This document shows, piece after piece, positions 12,185 to 26,100 of a stretch of DNA of 64,000 nt (the stretch's first letter is position 1; every line of letters begins with the position of its first letter). A program made the translations under genes and the position numbers. A model generated the notes under the pieces. The model searched no databases and was not told where the DNA came from. It saw nothing but the letters and a program-made list of their open reading frames with translations. This stretch comes from Fimicolochytrium jonesii (Eukaryota), in contig NW_026515673.1 in NCBI RefSeq assembly GCF_025526975.1, positions 372,001-436,000 of the forward strand, read 5' to 3'.

Positions 12185-12451
12185 GGCACAAAATGATAAT
12201 CATAAGCAAAAACGTATACACATATACAACCCGCTACGTAAACCCAATCGTCCAGAAGCAATCTACATAAAGCCCAACGATAAAACAGCAGTTCATGGCG
12301 AGCTAAACATGGAGTGTTGGCGAGCATTCCACAACACCAAAAAACGCCTGACCTCCAAAAAAGAACCGTCACTGTCCGCCCAAGATGGCGTAGTCACAAA
12401 ACTTGAAACACGTTCGTTCCATCATAACCCATTTACGAAACCCTCCGTGTA

Positions 12452-14058
12452 TCATAAGTCTTTCGAAAGTGGCGAGGTCTCAGTAACAACAACATCAACA
12501 TCCCTCACAGCCTCCTCGATATCATCATCTCCTTCCAGAAGCGTATGCGAAGAATCCGATGGTTCAGCCCGCTTTGCCGAAAGCGACGGGAAGGGGCCGG
12601 ATAACGACGCCATGGAGGGTGATTTGGTGCTGGTGTGGAGAGGGAGGAAAGATGCAGTGCTGTCGTTGTTGCTGAACGTGGCTTTGCTCTGTTTCTCGCG
12701 GTAGTCGGTGTACGTATAGAACATGCCTGCGGGTGAGGATCAGTACCGAGGTCGATGAAAATGAAATAGGAAGGTCTCGGGATGCCTCAACAGCATATCT
12801 TCATCTAACCTCCCATCAATGTGATCATAATTCCTGCGGCATTCTGAGTGGTGATGGACAAATTGAAGATCGCCACCGAGAGAACGATGGAAAGCACTTG
12901 CTTGACGTTGCCTGAGAGCACAAGAGGAGAATGGCGTCAAACGGCTGCATTTTCGAACACCCGCAACTGGCGAGCCTGCGACCGAAAAGCAGCAATGGAT
13001 ATTCACCGGCAACACACATCGTCAAAGCGCCCGTATTCCTATTCGCCACAAAGCTCGCCACATTCAACCCAAACGCCAGCGCTCCATTCACCACCAAGGC
13101 GGCGACCACCGCAAACCTCAGATTGCCCTCTGCCACCCACGCGCCAACCTTTGGCGCCTCACCCGTGATATAACTCCACGCAACCGTCTGGATAAACGCC
13201 AAAGGGGACATGCGCAGCAGCAGATCCAGTGGATGTAGCTTGAGCGGGCCTACTTGGACGTGATTTGTGGCGATGGTTTTGATCGCTGCGAGGACGGTGC
13301 CGAGGAGGGTGAGGATGAAACCGAGGGTTGTGAACGTATAGTCGGCGGAGGTGGCGAGGACGACGCCACATACGGTTGGCAGGAGGGAGAGGTAGATGGC
13401 GCGCGAGTAATGCTTGCGGAGGAAGAGCGCCGAGAGTACGATTGTGAAGAGTGGGACGGTGGACCGGACGACTTGGTGGAACTTATGACACGGAAGCAGT
13501 CATCATACATGATGAGCAAATGCAATACCTTGTATACTAGTATACTAACAAATGTGGACAACTGAAACTCACCGGGACGGTCACCAAATTCAACGACACA
13601 TTGCTAATCGCAATATTCACCGTATACAGCGTGGAAAACGCGACCATGACCCCCTTCTCCTTCGTACTCAGCACCGCGGGGGTGAAAATCCCCGTCGCAG
13701 CACACATATAGCACCCAATCGTCCCACATAGCGTATGTATCGCCGTGAGCGTCCACGGAAACGGAAACGCGAACGACGAAAAAATTATCTTATTGTACAG
13801 CGTGAGCGAGAGGTTGAAGCTGAAGTAGAGGCCGAGGTAGATACCCGTCGCGAGTAAAGTGGGCGGAGCGGTGGACAACATGGAGTCACTGAGGGACGGG
13901 GCGCTGGACATGCTGAGGCGCGGAGTCCGTGGCGGTGAGGTTGAGGACGGGGAGGGATGTACTACCGCATGGCTTGGTGGGGATGTTGGCAATGGCGCGA
14001 ATTTGAAACGATCTTCTAGCGACGCGAGAAGGCGGCCAAAGGAAGATGATGCCACCAT
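12452..14058 (-). CDS. Triose-phosphate/nucleotide-sugar transporter family protein (SLC35E-like, multi-exon)
   Basis: LYFSFNLSLTLYNK..FPFPWTLTAIH, NIAISNVSLNLVTVP, LLLRMSPLAFIQ, AFGLNVASFVANRNTGALTMCVA. Confidence 0.9.
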
Positions 14059-14561
14059 CTTGGGAGGAAGTCGGCGACGAACTTCCGGCTCGGAAATACG
14101 CTTAGTTTTCAGGAGCGCTGCTCCAGCCCCGTCTCTCAAGATTTGGGTATGCGTAGGGTAAATTGCGAGGTGGGTTCCTCAGTATAGCGATGCTGCGCTG
14201 ACGGCTTTTTGAAGGGTGCGGATTTTGAATTTTAGACTTTGTTTTGGGAGAAACTTTCATACCTCGGCAGGCGGACGAAATCGGACACCGGCGGCGGACT
14301 ACGGTCCATCCCTTTTGCCCCTCGAGAAAGCCGTACCACCGTTTCCCACAATCAGCAAACGAAGGATAATTGCCCTCAAAGGATCAGGGCAACGAATTGA
14401 TCTTGTCGTTTGCTCGGACGAAATGCGCAGCACGCGTCACTTTCGCGCTTTCGACCCTCGACAGAAGAGCACCACGACCCGGCTCGTTATTTCCCTCTTC
14501 AGCTGAAAGACCCAGATTTCGCCATACGCATACAGTATCCATAAAGCCCCGCCCGCATATA

Positions 14562-17500
14562 TCAAAATGACTGTATGAAGCATGCATCACACTTGGGTAT
14601 CCCATCCCGCTCAAAGAATCCATCCGACAGATCCTTCCGACAGTCCGCGCACCGGAAACATTGCGGATGGAAGCATTTCCCTCCATCCAACCGGAGAATC
14701 TGTCCACCCGACCCGAGCGAAGTAATGATTTGCTTGCAGCCACGGCATGTCACCATCTCTTGCATGTGCGAAGAGCAGTAGGCGTTGTCTTCAAGGGTGA
14801 AGTAGGATTTGTTGGCCAGTTGCTCCCCACATTTCTGCATTCGTAAAGGAGACGGAGTGAGTTAAGGAAGATGCTTTTGAGACAGGAAACAAGACGCGGC
14901 ACCCACATCGCAACGCTTGCAATCCACATGGTATTTCCGGCCCGCGATGTCGATGTAATCTGGAGAAGATTGTACAGTTGACCTTCAAGACCAAGCACCA
15001 GCAGTGACTTGAACTTTGCAAGCCAGTCAATGACTTACCTCCCGGGATACTACCACCACACACTCCACACATGGCCCCCGTGAATCGTAGGAAATCATCA
15101 ATGCATACAATCGCATCCATGTATGTGCAGAACCCCTTCTCAAGAGTGCATCCACAGGCGTGACAGAGGAAACAATTGCGATGGTATGTCCGGTCACCTA
15201 TGCTGAGACGGGTTGCCGGTTCTGTGACGTACTCACCGCAGTTCGAGCACGGAAGTGGCTATGAAACGACCGCATGGGAGTAAAGGGTCAGGAACTCATA
15301 CGGCTCGATGAATAGATGGTCTGCGTTTGCACCAACCTCATGCTGCGCGCAGAACACCTGTCCATCAGTAATCTTAGCCTCATCCGCCTTGAGCGTCCGT
15401 GAGCAATCCTTGCATACAAAATGGTCAGGATGCCACACTTGACCGCCCACTCTGATCACTTGCTCCCCGATTACGTTCTTCTGACAGGCTACGCAAGGTC
15501 CGTGCGTCGTCAACGTCTGCTCAACCTGGGCAACAACGCTAGCGCGGGCATTGGCAAGCATAGCCATCACAGCCGCCGCGTCCATTTTGCCTCCAGGCAG
15601 TCCGCCGGGCGACGAGACCCTAGGCGGCTTCCTTCCAACTGATTGTGTCCGACTTGCGAAGCTCGCGGGAGACAGCGGTGAGATAGGCGGCGGACTGGCC
15701 GATTCTGAATGTGCGCGGTCATGTGCAAAAGTCAGCGTTGCTAAGGCACTTGTGGCCGCGGGAGTCATGCTTTTTTCTAAAGGGTTTATGGATGTCGTAG
15801 ATGTCGCGGCATCTTGAGGTGGATTTATCGAAGTCGTAGATGTGGCGACATCGTGGGGCGGGTATATCTGTGTGATGGTTGTTGCGCGGTCCTGAGGAGG
15901 GTTTATGGATGTCGTGGCCGTCGCGGCATCTCTAGACTGCGGGGAAGTTCCAGAGTCTACCGCAGAGGCTAAAGTCGACAAAGAGGCCGCCGTTTCCGCC
16001 GTCGAAGCACGCGTGTGCAGATTTGGCGTTGTCGGGGACATCCCCGGAACCGGCGACGTGAGTTTGACTTCCGATATGGGCGTGGTTTTCACCATCTTCC
16101 CCGGTGTAAGCCCTTCCAATCTCAATACTTTCAGTGCTTGTAACCTAAGTGGAGGCTGGCCTGCTCCCGAACCGCTGGCAGCAGGAGCACCAGTCGCTGG
16201 CGAGTCGGGCTGTGGCGACTCTGGGCTCTTAGCAGACACAGCAGATTCTGGGATCGCCACAACCAGAGTGTCCACGGACACGGTGTCACTAAGTGCATCC
16301 GTGGCAGCGTCATTGAGTGCATCGTTGGAAGCGGTGTTGAGGGCAGCCGGGGAGGAAAGCTGAAGATGAGAGCCCGATTGTGTAAGGCTTCGGGAGAGGG
16401 TCTCCAAAGCCTCGGTGGAGGTAGCGTACACTTTCTCCAGATCGAGCTCGAACGACTCGATCTTGCTCTCCCTGTGGACGAGCGGAGGTTGGATGCTGAG
16501 GAGACTGGCGTACGATTTCCGTAATCTGAGGCAAAAGGAAGTCATTACGAGAGCTTCGTTAACCGACGAAAGAGACGAGAATGACAGGAATTGAAAGGAG
16601 AGCACACATACCCGCGAGCGGAAGTTGGATTAAAAGTTTTGCCCTCAATGGCGGATGTTTCAATGAGCACTCGCGTGAGAGTGGTGGTAAGTTTGCGCAT
16701 GAGGGGTGCGTCTTTTGCCTATCAGCCACCAAACGACGAGCACAAACATATGGTCAGCCGTCCACTCATCACTACAGACCGCGGGAGACCGCTCATAAAC
16801 GCATCGCATACATTCATGTTCTGCATCATGCTTGGAGCTGCCCGTACAAATAGCTGGACCAGCCGTGCTGGTGAGAAGATGCCCGACATCAGAGACCTAA
16901 AAGCAAGGGATGCTGACAGAGGCAACCCATCACAGTCAACAGCCACATACCTGCTTCCCGCGCGGTCTCATAGCGCACATGATGCATCGACGGTGCCTTC
17001 GGAGTAACCAGCTCCTTTGCCTGCATCAGAGAGCCGTGAGTCACGTCCATCCGCTTTTCATATCCGAGGAAGCTCTCGTGACTCCCTTACCGCAATGCCA
17101 TCCACGTAAAGCTTCATCTTCTCCTTGTTTGTCTCCAGAAACTGATTCATATCCTTCATATACGGTTCCTTATCGCCGAATGAGATCAGGTTGGCTAGAG
17201 CTTGCAGGTTTTTGGCGAGTAGCGTAAGTGTTCGGCTTGTTTTTGGTTCAATGTACTCTGGGGAAGTGAACACACACTTTAAGTACGACTGAGATTCATA
17301 CAGAATGAGAATGGGGGTTCTTACCGTCGACCAGATCGAACAACCGCGGACCCAAGATGGACGGAGCAAAGAAACGCAAGAATATGAACCCAGTGACGGC
17401 GGTATACTGCACTGTCGGGTTGTCCGGGAACTTCTGGGTAACTTGCGTCTTAATATGGGAGAAAATCGCTCGCCATTGGCTAAGTAACGAAGATTGTTTG

Positions 17501-20282
17501 TCATCAGCCCACAAAGCATATGCATCTGACGAGCCCACATTGGCCATCCACTTACGCTGGGATAGCAAACCGCGTGTCGTAGATAGCGTTGAGAATACGT
17601 TGGTTAAGGTCTAGTAAGATCTTCTTGTTCTTCTCGATTTCTTCCGGCTTGTCAAGCTTCAGAGGATCGACCTGTCGTTTTGGTTTGGCCGGTATCAGCA
17701 TATGCAACATCTCTGGAATCCGAAAACATGTGCCGACCTCCAGCTGTATCTTCTTGCTGACAATCATTTTGATTATCTCCCCAAGTGTGTTCTTTAAATA
17801 CGCTTTGCCCAGGTATCGCATATAGACGTCAATCGCCTGTACGTGTGTACCCAACCAAATGATCAGATCAGATTCATGGAGCAGTACATGGGAGTCAGAC
17901 GCTGCACCATACCTTTGAAGCCATACTATTCCCCCGGAACAGAGTGTTCGGATCAGCTTGATAAAGGATACCCTTTCAGTCGCCCGTAGAAGACACCAAC
18001 CGCCGTCAACTCTCGCATCCCCCAACTCACTGGTGTCCTGAATCTCCGCCGACGAGATGGCTATCAAGAACTCCTGTCTGCATTCCCTCGCCTCCGTCAG
18101 CACCAGCATGGGCCATGCCGCCTCTTCCCGCTCCTTGCTAACTTTTCCAAACAGGTGGGCGATGCGGAAGTTGTCGATTGCCAGAAGCTCTACAAAGGGC
18201 TCGTATTTGTCGTAGGATAGGATTGTGGAGACCTGCGTGATGGGGCATGTCAGTCTGGTGGTGCGGAACATCGACCTGTACTGTCCATGAGTGTGGAATC
18301 TTACCGAATACTTGATCTTCAATCTGATGGCACCTGTGAGTACATCTTAGCTACGACGCACGTTGATGGATGAACAAGCACCCCTGCAGCGAAACATACC
18401 GACATCCCCGCAGTTGTTCGCCATAAACTTGGAACACGAAACATGGCAGCTGACTCTGCTACGCACGACACCCAACAGCATCCACTCCGCGTCAGCAATA
18501 GTGATCTGCCATCGTCAGCGAGACATCACATTGAGCTTATTCTCACCATTGCGAACACTGCATATGTGTACGCCCCAGGGTCAGCGCCAAGTAGCAATGC
18601 GCGCAAAATGCAGTCGTGTTGGTGAACTTGGTATCAATGAGTCTGTGCATCTTCTTCTTGCGCATATTTCCTTCAAAGAGGGACCCACGCTGGTTATGAG
18701 GAATAGATGGAGCGACCGCAGACGACAGTAAACGACCATACCTTTGACAGGAGACTGAAGAGACTTGACGAGCGCTTTGGCTTTGACTGTAACCATGTCG
18801 ACATCCTGTCGCCCGGTCATGAGGCCGCATTGCTGTAGCGCCCAATATGCTGATCGATGTGAGTATATGCCATATACTGGGTGTACAGATCGTCCGTAGC
18901 GAAAGTGAACATACCTTTTTCTTTCTGCAGATTGATTTTGTGGAAAAAGTCTGTCCAAGATTCACATCCGTTGTCAGCTTCACCCCAATCATTCCCGTTT
19001 CCCAGAAGCCGGCCCATACCTGGCGCCGGCAGTAGCCCCATCCATCTCGCAGTCAGACTGCCCCCGTCCGCCCCAATGACCGACTCCAATGACATCGAGA
19101 CGTGCCCCATGAACCCCTCAGATGCCGCCGATCGCGCGTCCCAGAGCGAGACATGCAGATGTAGGTCGCGGGAGATGTCTTGGATCTGGCTGGCGCGGAT
19201 GACCAAACGGGAGTATTGAGAGGAGTGTGGGGTGAGATGGATGTCGTACAGACCCTTTTCCGAAGCGAAAATCACTCCGGAGCATGGATCCCGAGAGGAC
19301 GAGAAAGAAGTTACACGTACATCGCCACCTCTTGATCAAACACCGGGTTCAACGAGTCCCGCACGCATGTCGTCGCTCGGGTGCTTGTAGCGCCTTCGTC
19401 CGGGATGACGTGCAGCACCGCCAGCATATCTCGCGTCCCTAAAACGGGCGAGGGTGAAATGAACATACAAAGCACGGGGCCCGAGATAGTTGCACTTCCA
19501 ACTGATAAAACGCACCACTCCCAGCGCTAATGTTCCGCACTTCGTGGACCTGAACGGTGAGCTTGCCGGCCTTTGCACCTGTGGGGGTGAAGCGCATCCC
19601 GAATTTGATTTCTCCTAGCGTCGCTACGTCCTGGTCGACGGTCGAGAGGGCGAACCACTGGAAGGACGCAATTTCGTACGTTCAGCTCCCACAGATCCAC
19701 CAATTTCTTGTGCGATCGACTTCCCCAATGCACGTTCCGCACAACGCACCTGCTCCTCCTCAAACCGTCCATCTTCCAACAACTCCCTCGGAAACAGCAC
19801 CCTCCCCAGCAACCTATCCGACGCCTCCGGCCCAAGCGCATTATGGCTGCCCCCGTGACTCTGCTGCTTCTGGTCCTGCCACATCTCCACCGTGACCCGC
19901 CATACATCTACGGGCAGCTGGTCGCTGAAGACGATTTCTTCGCCGAAGAAGGGGTTGGAGTCGTGGTAGACGGTAGGTGTCCATCGCTTTTCGCCGCCTT
20001 CGACTGTTACCGTGCAGTAGCTGTCTTTGTGGCCTGTATTTTGCGATTGTATTCGAATGAAGAGTGTTTGATGGAGGTCAGCACGTTGCTTTTGCAGATG
20101 TTATATGCTTTTGATCCGCCCTTCCATACGTGATTTTTCTTGAAACAAGTTCTTCGCCTCCATCAGCTTGACGTGTAACGTCTTATCCTAATTTATGCAC
20201 AGACAGTTGTCGGTCAGAAAACGTCTGGCTCAGGGAAATATACGATCCTCTTCCTTTCACACACCTTTACACTGGTGGTCAT
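14562..20282 (-). CDS. GAP1-type Ras GTPase-activating protein: C2-C2(C1 insert)-RasGAP-low complexity-4xLIM (many exons)
   Basis: C2[30 protein letters not shown]; second C2 [21 protein letters not shown]1 Cys/His pattern; Ras[41 protein letters not shown]; four LIM motifs ending ...CDACFIQSF*. Some internal exon boundaries are uncertain. Confidence 0.85.
15779..15932 (-). repeat. Degenerate coding tandem repeat, ~4 x 39 nt ([13 protein letters not shown]) in the RasGAP linker
   Basis: Translation [52 protein letters not shown]. Confidence 0.8.
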
Positions 20283-21104
20283 GATGCAAAAAATGATACG
20301 GAAAAAGGTGTCGCCGCGGAAGAAGTACAGTAGTTCAAGAAAAAGATATACTGCCCTTGATTATCACTGAGAGTGTTCGCACACAAGATTAGGTTGAGCT
20401 TTCCCTGAGAAGCGCTGGTCAAAACCTATCAGAAATCCTGACTGGGCGTAGACGTGTGGCAAGCCCGTATCAAGGCGCCCAGAATGACGATTTCGCATCT
20501 CGGATGTGTTAAGGTTAGCCCTTCAAACGAGCGCAAGGTAAACAAGGTTATCCTCGGTTAGCTCGGAATTGTTTTCATGTATGTATGGTGATCTCGCAAG
20601 CCACGTTTGAAACTCCGCTCACCACACGTTTCGTGGCTTGTTGAGATTCTTTAACAGCGTTCGCGTTAACGTGGGATATGGGGTTGCGCAACAAAAACCC
20701 AATTAACTGAACGCCAACAGACTGCGCAGACTGAGGCCGGCGAGTGTTCAGGGTCGAAGTTGGCCGTTTGGGTGTTGCAACGGCCGGTGACTTCGGATTT
20801 TGTTGCAGAACCCCCACGCCGAGTTCGGCTGTTGCGCAACCCCCTCTTACTTCTTTTCCGGATTGTCGAGACCACCAATGATGCGGGGAAACCTGTACAC
20901 ATTTGGGGGGGAAATTTCCTCAACTTGATATTGAAAGAATGTTGAAGGAAGACCATGAAGAGGTGGAGGGGAAGCTAAGAGGTCGAAGTGACGCCAATAT
21001 AACGAGATAAAATGACAAGCAGAGGAGAAATCTTCCCAACTCAAGAAACAGATAAGAGCAAGCTAAGCCGCAGTATAATGAAGCAAAAAACGCCTTCTCG
21101 AAAG

Positions 21105-22577
21105 CTAACCCAACAACGGCTGATTCTCCTCACTCCCAGCTTCTTTCCAGCCAATCATAAACCTGCGTCTGGCCGAAGGGCTGAACACCGCCCAAGCCAG
21201 GCAGACCGAGAAGAGGGTATACAGAACCACGAGCAGCACGATCCGGGCGATTTGGACGGATCGGCGCGTGATGAATCTGCCATCGGCGTAACGGTCCGAC
21301 CCGGCCGCGTTGGTGTCGACGAGGACATACTGCTTCTTCATGTACAGCAAATTAACAGTCGCGGGGGCCCATGTGTTTTTGATCACGGTGTCGTCGATTA
21401 TCTTGGATCGCTCATACTGCACGACGGTAGCGTCGACATTGACGTAGTACGATCCGCCACTGGGCCGGGCTCCCCCATATCCGTAGGGTTTGCGCAAGCT
21501 GACTTGCACGCGCTGGTGTGTCTGTTCCGTTTTGTTTTGTACGGGCATGGTGTACTCGTATGAACTTATTCCTTCGCGGGCAGCGGCAATAGGGTCAATA
21601 AAGTCTGCAGGGTCGGGGACACCGTGGTCACCTTCTCCGTACACTGGGTTCACTCGGAGTTGAATTTGGCCAGCCTTGTATCTCGCGTCGTCCTGCCAGG
21701 TTACGTTCACCTGGGAAAGGAAAAGACAGAAAATAGGAAATGAGACGCTTGCAACAGTGATGATGATCATATCTGTCGCTTTTCATACCTTCCCACCAGG
21801 GCCAATAATGAAGTTTTTCAATGTCTGGTCATCCGAATACCACATGCGGACCGCCAGCGGAGTGGTGGGAAGGTCCTGATTGCCCGATATTTCGGGATAG
21901 TCTTCGAGGACCGTGAGTCGTGTCCCAGGGTCTCCATTGATTTGCAGAGCCTGCCTCCAGAAGCTCTCGACACGAGTCACCGTATGAACACTAGATTTCA
22001 CAAGAACAGATGGTATCAGTCAAGAAGTTTCAAGAATGTCCGTATGCGGGTTGCAGGGAGTACGTACCCTCCAAGGTAAGACCCATAACCGAAACCCTCA
22101 TAGCCAAAGGCATAACGAGATTCAGGTTGGATTACGAGAGCCACCAGGATCAAGCCGACGATGGAGACTAGCGTAGAAGAATACACACAAATACACACGA
22201 CGATAAGTTCTGAGCAGCAACAAACGCTGGGCCCTGAGGCTTGCCTCCTTCATGCGGATGGAACGTTACGGCTCGGCGTTTCTCCGGGATTGTACGTACA
22301 TACCTAAAGCACCAAGAACATGTTTCCGGGCAGCGGTGAGACCCTTAGCGGTCTTTGCGAAGACCGTGCCGGTTGTTGCGAGGGCCTCGTCGATTTTTGT
22401 GGAACATGTCTTGTTGGAGGAACCAACGTTCGAGGAGTCGTCGCCCCAGTCTTCCTTCCAGACGAGGGGTAGGGGGAGGCCACACAAATACAAGCGCATG
22501 CCAGGGGCGGTAGGGGTAGGAATATTGGGATTGCCCTCGCTGCTTCTGCTGCCGGTGTTTACGCCGTGGTCTGCCAT
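21105..22577 (-). CDS. Hypothetical membrane protein with two TM regions flanking a large lumenal/extracellular domain; 4 exons
   Basis: ORF segments join in frame across three GT-AG introns. N-terminal TM LVSIVGLILVALVI, C-terminal TM IVLLVVLYTLFSVCLAWAVF, and a dileucine-like tail EENQPLLG. Confidence 0.7.
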
Positions 22578-23170
22578 CTTGGCCGAGGAGGAACCTGAGG
22601 AGGAACAGTCGTGTTTCGTGGACTACACAAAAGGACTGGAGTCTCTGGACCCTAGACCTACTATATATACGTATCGATTCCGATGAGGCCCACTGCCTCA
22701 AGCCGTCATGCGGCGTCTATGGATGCACAGTACAGTACGTGGAGGGAGTATAGTTGCTGAAAAAGCACTTGGCACAACAGCCTGTTGCACACCTCGGCGG
22801 CCTCGCGCAAAATAGATTGACAGTGTTGCCAGCGATTCGGTCACCTGTGCAGGTAGCGTACCGCCGGTTCTCGCCCAAGCCAATATTCTCAGGATCATGT
22901 GACTACCATAAATGAAACCCGTTGAGGCAATCCGACGGCGGTTGAGCAAATAATTAAAGATGAGCAACATAACCTCGCTTTAAGCATGCTGAGCGAGAGC
23001 GGCGCGGCTTTTTTGGAAACGGACGCTCTCCGGTGCGAGTAGGTAACCAAGCACACACCGAAAGGCATTTGGGTGCCCCCCGCCGCAACTTCAAGCAGGG
23101 AACCCCCAAAGTTCTCGCGGCGAAGAGGAATCGTAACCTACATAGTACTGTCGTGCGCCAACAGAACGAT

Positions 23171-26100
23171 ATGTACCACCGCACTCGGCCGTCCCAGCCG
23201 CAACCGGTTGCGCCAGCAAAGAGTGGTCGGAGAACCGCCGCGGCTGTCCATTCACAGCAACCACAGCTCGGTAGTGCCACCTACGAGCAGCACCGATACC
23301 AGGAACACTACTACGACCACGCACAGCTGCCACCAACGCCTGCGGAGTCGCCGGCGAGAGGCTACACGCCGAGACAGGATCACTCTGGCGGACTGAGTTC
23401 TCCCACCATTTCTCCAACGGTTTGTGTCAATTTCTATCTTGGAACAGTGGGGGCGTGACACTCCGGTTGGCTAACGTTTAGTATGTAGGACCTCAAGTCA
23501 ACAGATCGAGTCTTCCCAGTGCCTTCAGTTGCATTCAATGCTGATAGCCTTCCTCGCACGTCGTCTCTCAGCCGAGGCCGGCCGTTCGCTCAATATGACG
23601 GCTTAGGGCCCCAGTCCGCGCCACCCGTACCGAGCGTTCCCCCACAAGCATACTCCAACCCAGCGCGGACTTCACCACTCCCTCCGGCGTCGAACTCAGC
23701 ACCGATTAACCAGTCCCAGCCACCACTCGAATTTGGCGGTCAACGATGGAATAGTTCGAAAGACTTTGAATTCCCGAACAGGGACTCTTTTGTATCGTCC
23801 ACGTCCACGGATAGCAGTTCTCTCGTCGATGGGCCTAGAAAACGCACCACGTTGCGATCAGCTGCCGCCCGATTGAGTGCATTGGGACCACCGTCTCCAA
23901 TGTCTGTTCCTGTTGGAGGCGCCGTGAGTACTTTGAAGTACGACGAATACAATGATGATGAGATGAATTTGCCGCCCATGTCGACCCCGCCGCTGGAGAG
24001 TCATCTCGCGCTGGTGAAGGGGCTGCATGGCAGCGATCTCGCGATGAGACGTTCTAGCGCCGCGTCCGACATTTACAGCGATGTGGATGTGCCCCTTCGT
24101 GAAATCGATCCGGCGGGCGGGAGCGACGACGAGAGGCCGGTTCCATTAAAGAAACGCGAGGGGAGAGTGGACGACGACGATGGCGAGTGGGAAGCAGACA
24201 CTGATGCTGACACTGTGCAGGACAGTGGGCTAGGCGCCGCAAAGAAGGAGCTGGCTCCATCTCAGACGCAACGCCCACAGTACATTGAGGTGCCAAACGC
24301 GCCACGGACCATGGAGGCGAGCCGAGAGATGAAGCCAGCTGCAGCCCCAACCGCGCAGCTTGAATCCGCGACTGAAGACTATTCCCAAGCGTATTTCGAT
24401 GCTCTGCGGGATCAATTGTACGACACACTCAACAGAGGCCCACCCGTCGACCGCAACTCCATCATACCACCGGCCAACAGAAGCGCTGGCCGAGTGGCGT
24501 CCAAGATTTACGAAAGCAGCTACGCATCCTCGCAGACCGGCGAGGGCATGACGGACAATGCGCAATCGTTCCGCAGTGCAGAAATTGGCCCTCGTTCCGC
24601 CGAAGTGCTCGGCAACAACAACATGTACCAAGCTCCTCGTCACTTTTCGACGCATTCGAGTACCGCACACGAGTTCACGAATCATGCCAGTCACGGCAAG
24701 GCGAACCTCCGTCATGGCGCACACGGTGGCCTGGCCTCTAGGACGATTGTTTCGGGTATCATGGCAAAGCAAAATCGCCACACCGGTTTCCAGAAACGGC
24801 TATTCCGGTGTGACGGAACGTTGCTCATTTGCATGTCTGCGAAGTTTGTGACGTTGCCGGCTGGGTCCAGCTTTGCGGATATTCAGAGACATTTTCCGAT
24901 CGTCTTTGATGAGTTTGTGGAGGCTATCAGGAGGTTCTATCCCGGTGGGAAAGGAATAGGGAGTTTGGCGTATGCTTTGCTGACGACGCATAAGCCGGGC
25001 AAGTTTTACATTCCGAAGGTTTGTGTCCATGTGTGAATCGAGCTTTGATGAATTGAATGCATATTGAAACCTTTTTTTTTGTCCTTTGCGCAGTGGATCA
25101 TTCCTATCTGGACCATCAACTACGTTAAAGCGATCGTCCGCCAACCCGCCGCCAACCCCGAAAACAAGCTCGCCCGCTCCTTCCTCATTTGCACCTCCGA
25201 ACGCGACTACGTCGTCTGCGCCCCCTCCGCCGACGACTTCCGCCGCTGGACCTTCCTCCTCAGCCAAGCCTACGTCGAGTCCGAGGAACTCGAATACGAC
25301 TCCCATTTCGCCGTCCCGGAACGTTGGGAACGCTGCGTCAACGACTTGCTGAAATGGGACGTGCGCGCCGGGCACATGATGATGGAAGTCGACCTTGTCG
25401 ATGACGAAGATGAGGACCGGGGCAGTAGGTACGACAGACGGTCGTCGATGGTGGCCCCGCAACGCAAGTCGTCCCTCGCGACCTTGTCGAGGCGCATCGA
25501 GATGGATAACCAGTCGCTGCGTGCGAGATCGATGATTGGATTCGACCAGTTTGAGATGCCACCACCCGGTGTGCCGCCGATGCAGATTCACCCGCATGGC
25601 ACGCCTGAGGCGGAGATGTTCAATAGGATGAGTGCGGCGGTTGCCGCCGAGGCCGAAGCTGAGGAGAAGGATGACGAGGATCAGTATGATGAGGATGATG
25701 AGGTTACGGCGTATGATCAGGGAGCGAACACATATCCTGCCAGTCACCAGCAGCAGCAACAGCCATCTGCAAACCAGAACATTCCTCTATCCCAGCCCGG
25801 GAGTCGGTCACCACCTTCGTGGGACTGCACCGATTCGAAGCCGGTTACCAGCACAGCCCCGTCTGCAATGCAAAGCTACGACAATGCCTCGTCAGAACTC
25901 GAACGGGAGATCTCGGCTCTCATGCGAGTGCCCACCACCAACATTCCAACTTACCGCAACAACCCCAACGCCCCGCTTCCACCCACCTCACCCACATCCG
26001 CCATTTCACCGCCACCTCCCAAAGCTCTCCCAACACCCTCGCAACCCATCCCCGCCATTCCGGCCAACCACCAACCCCACCACCAAACCCCCAAACCCCC

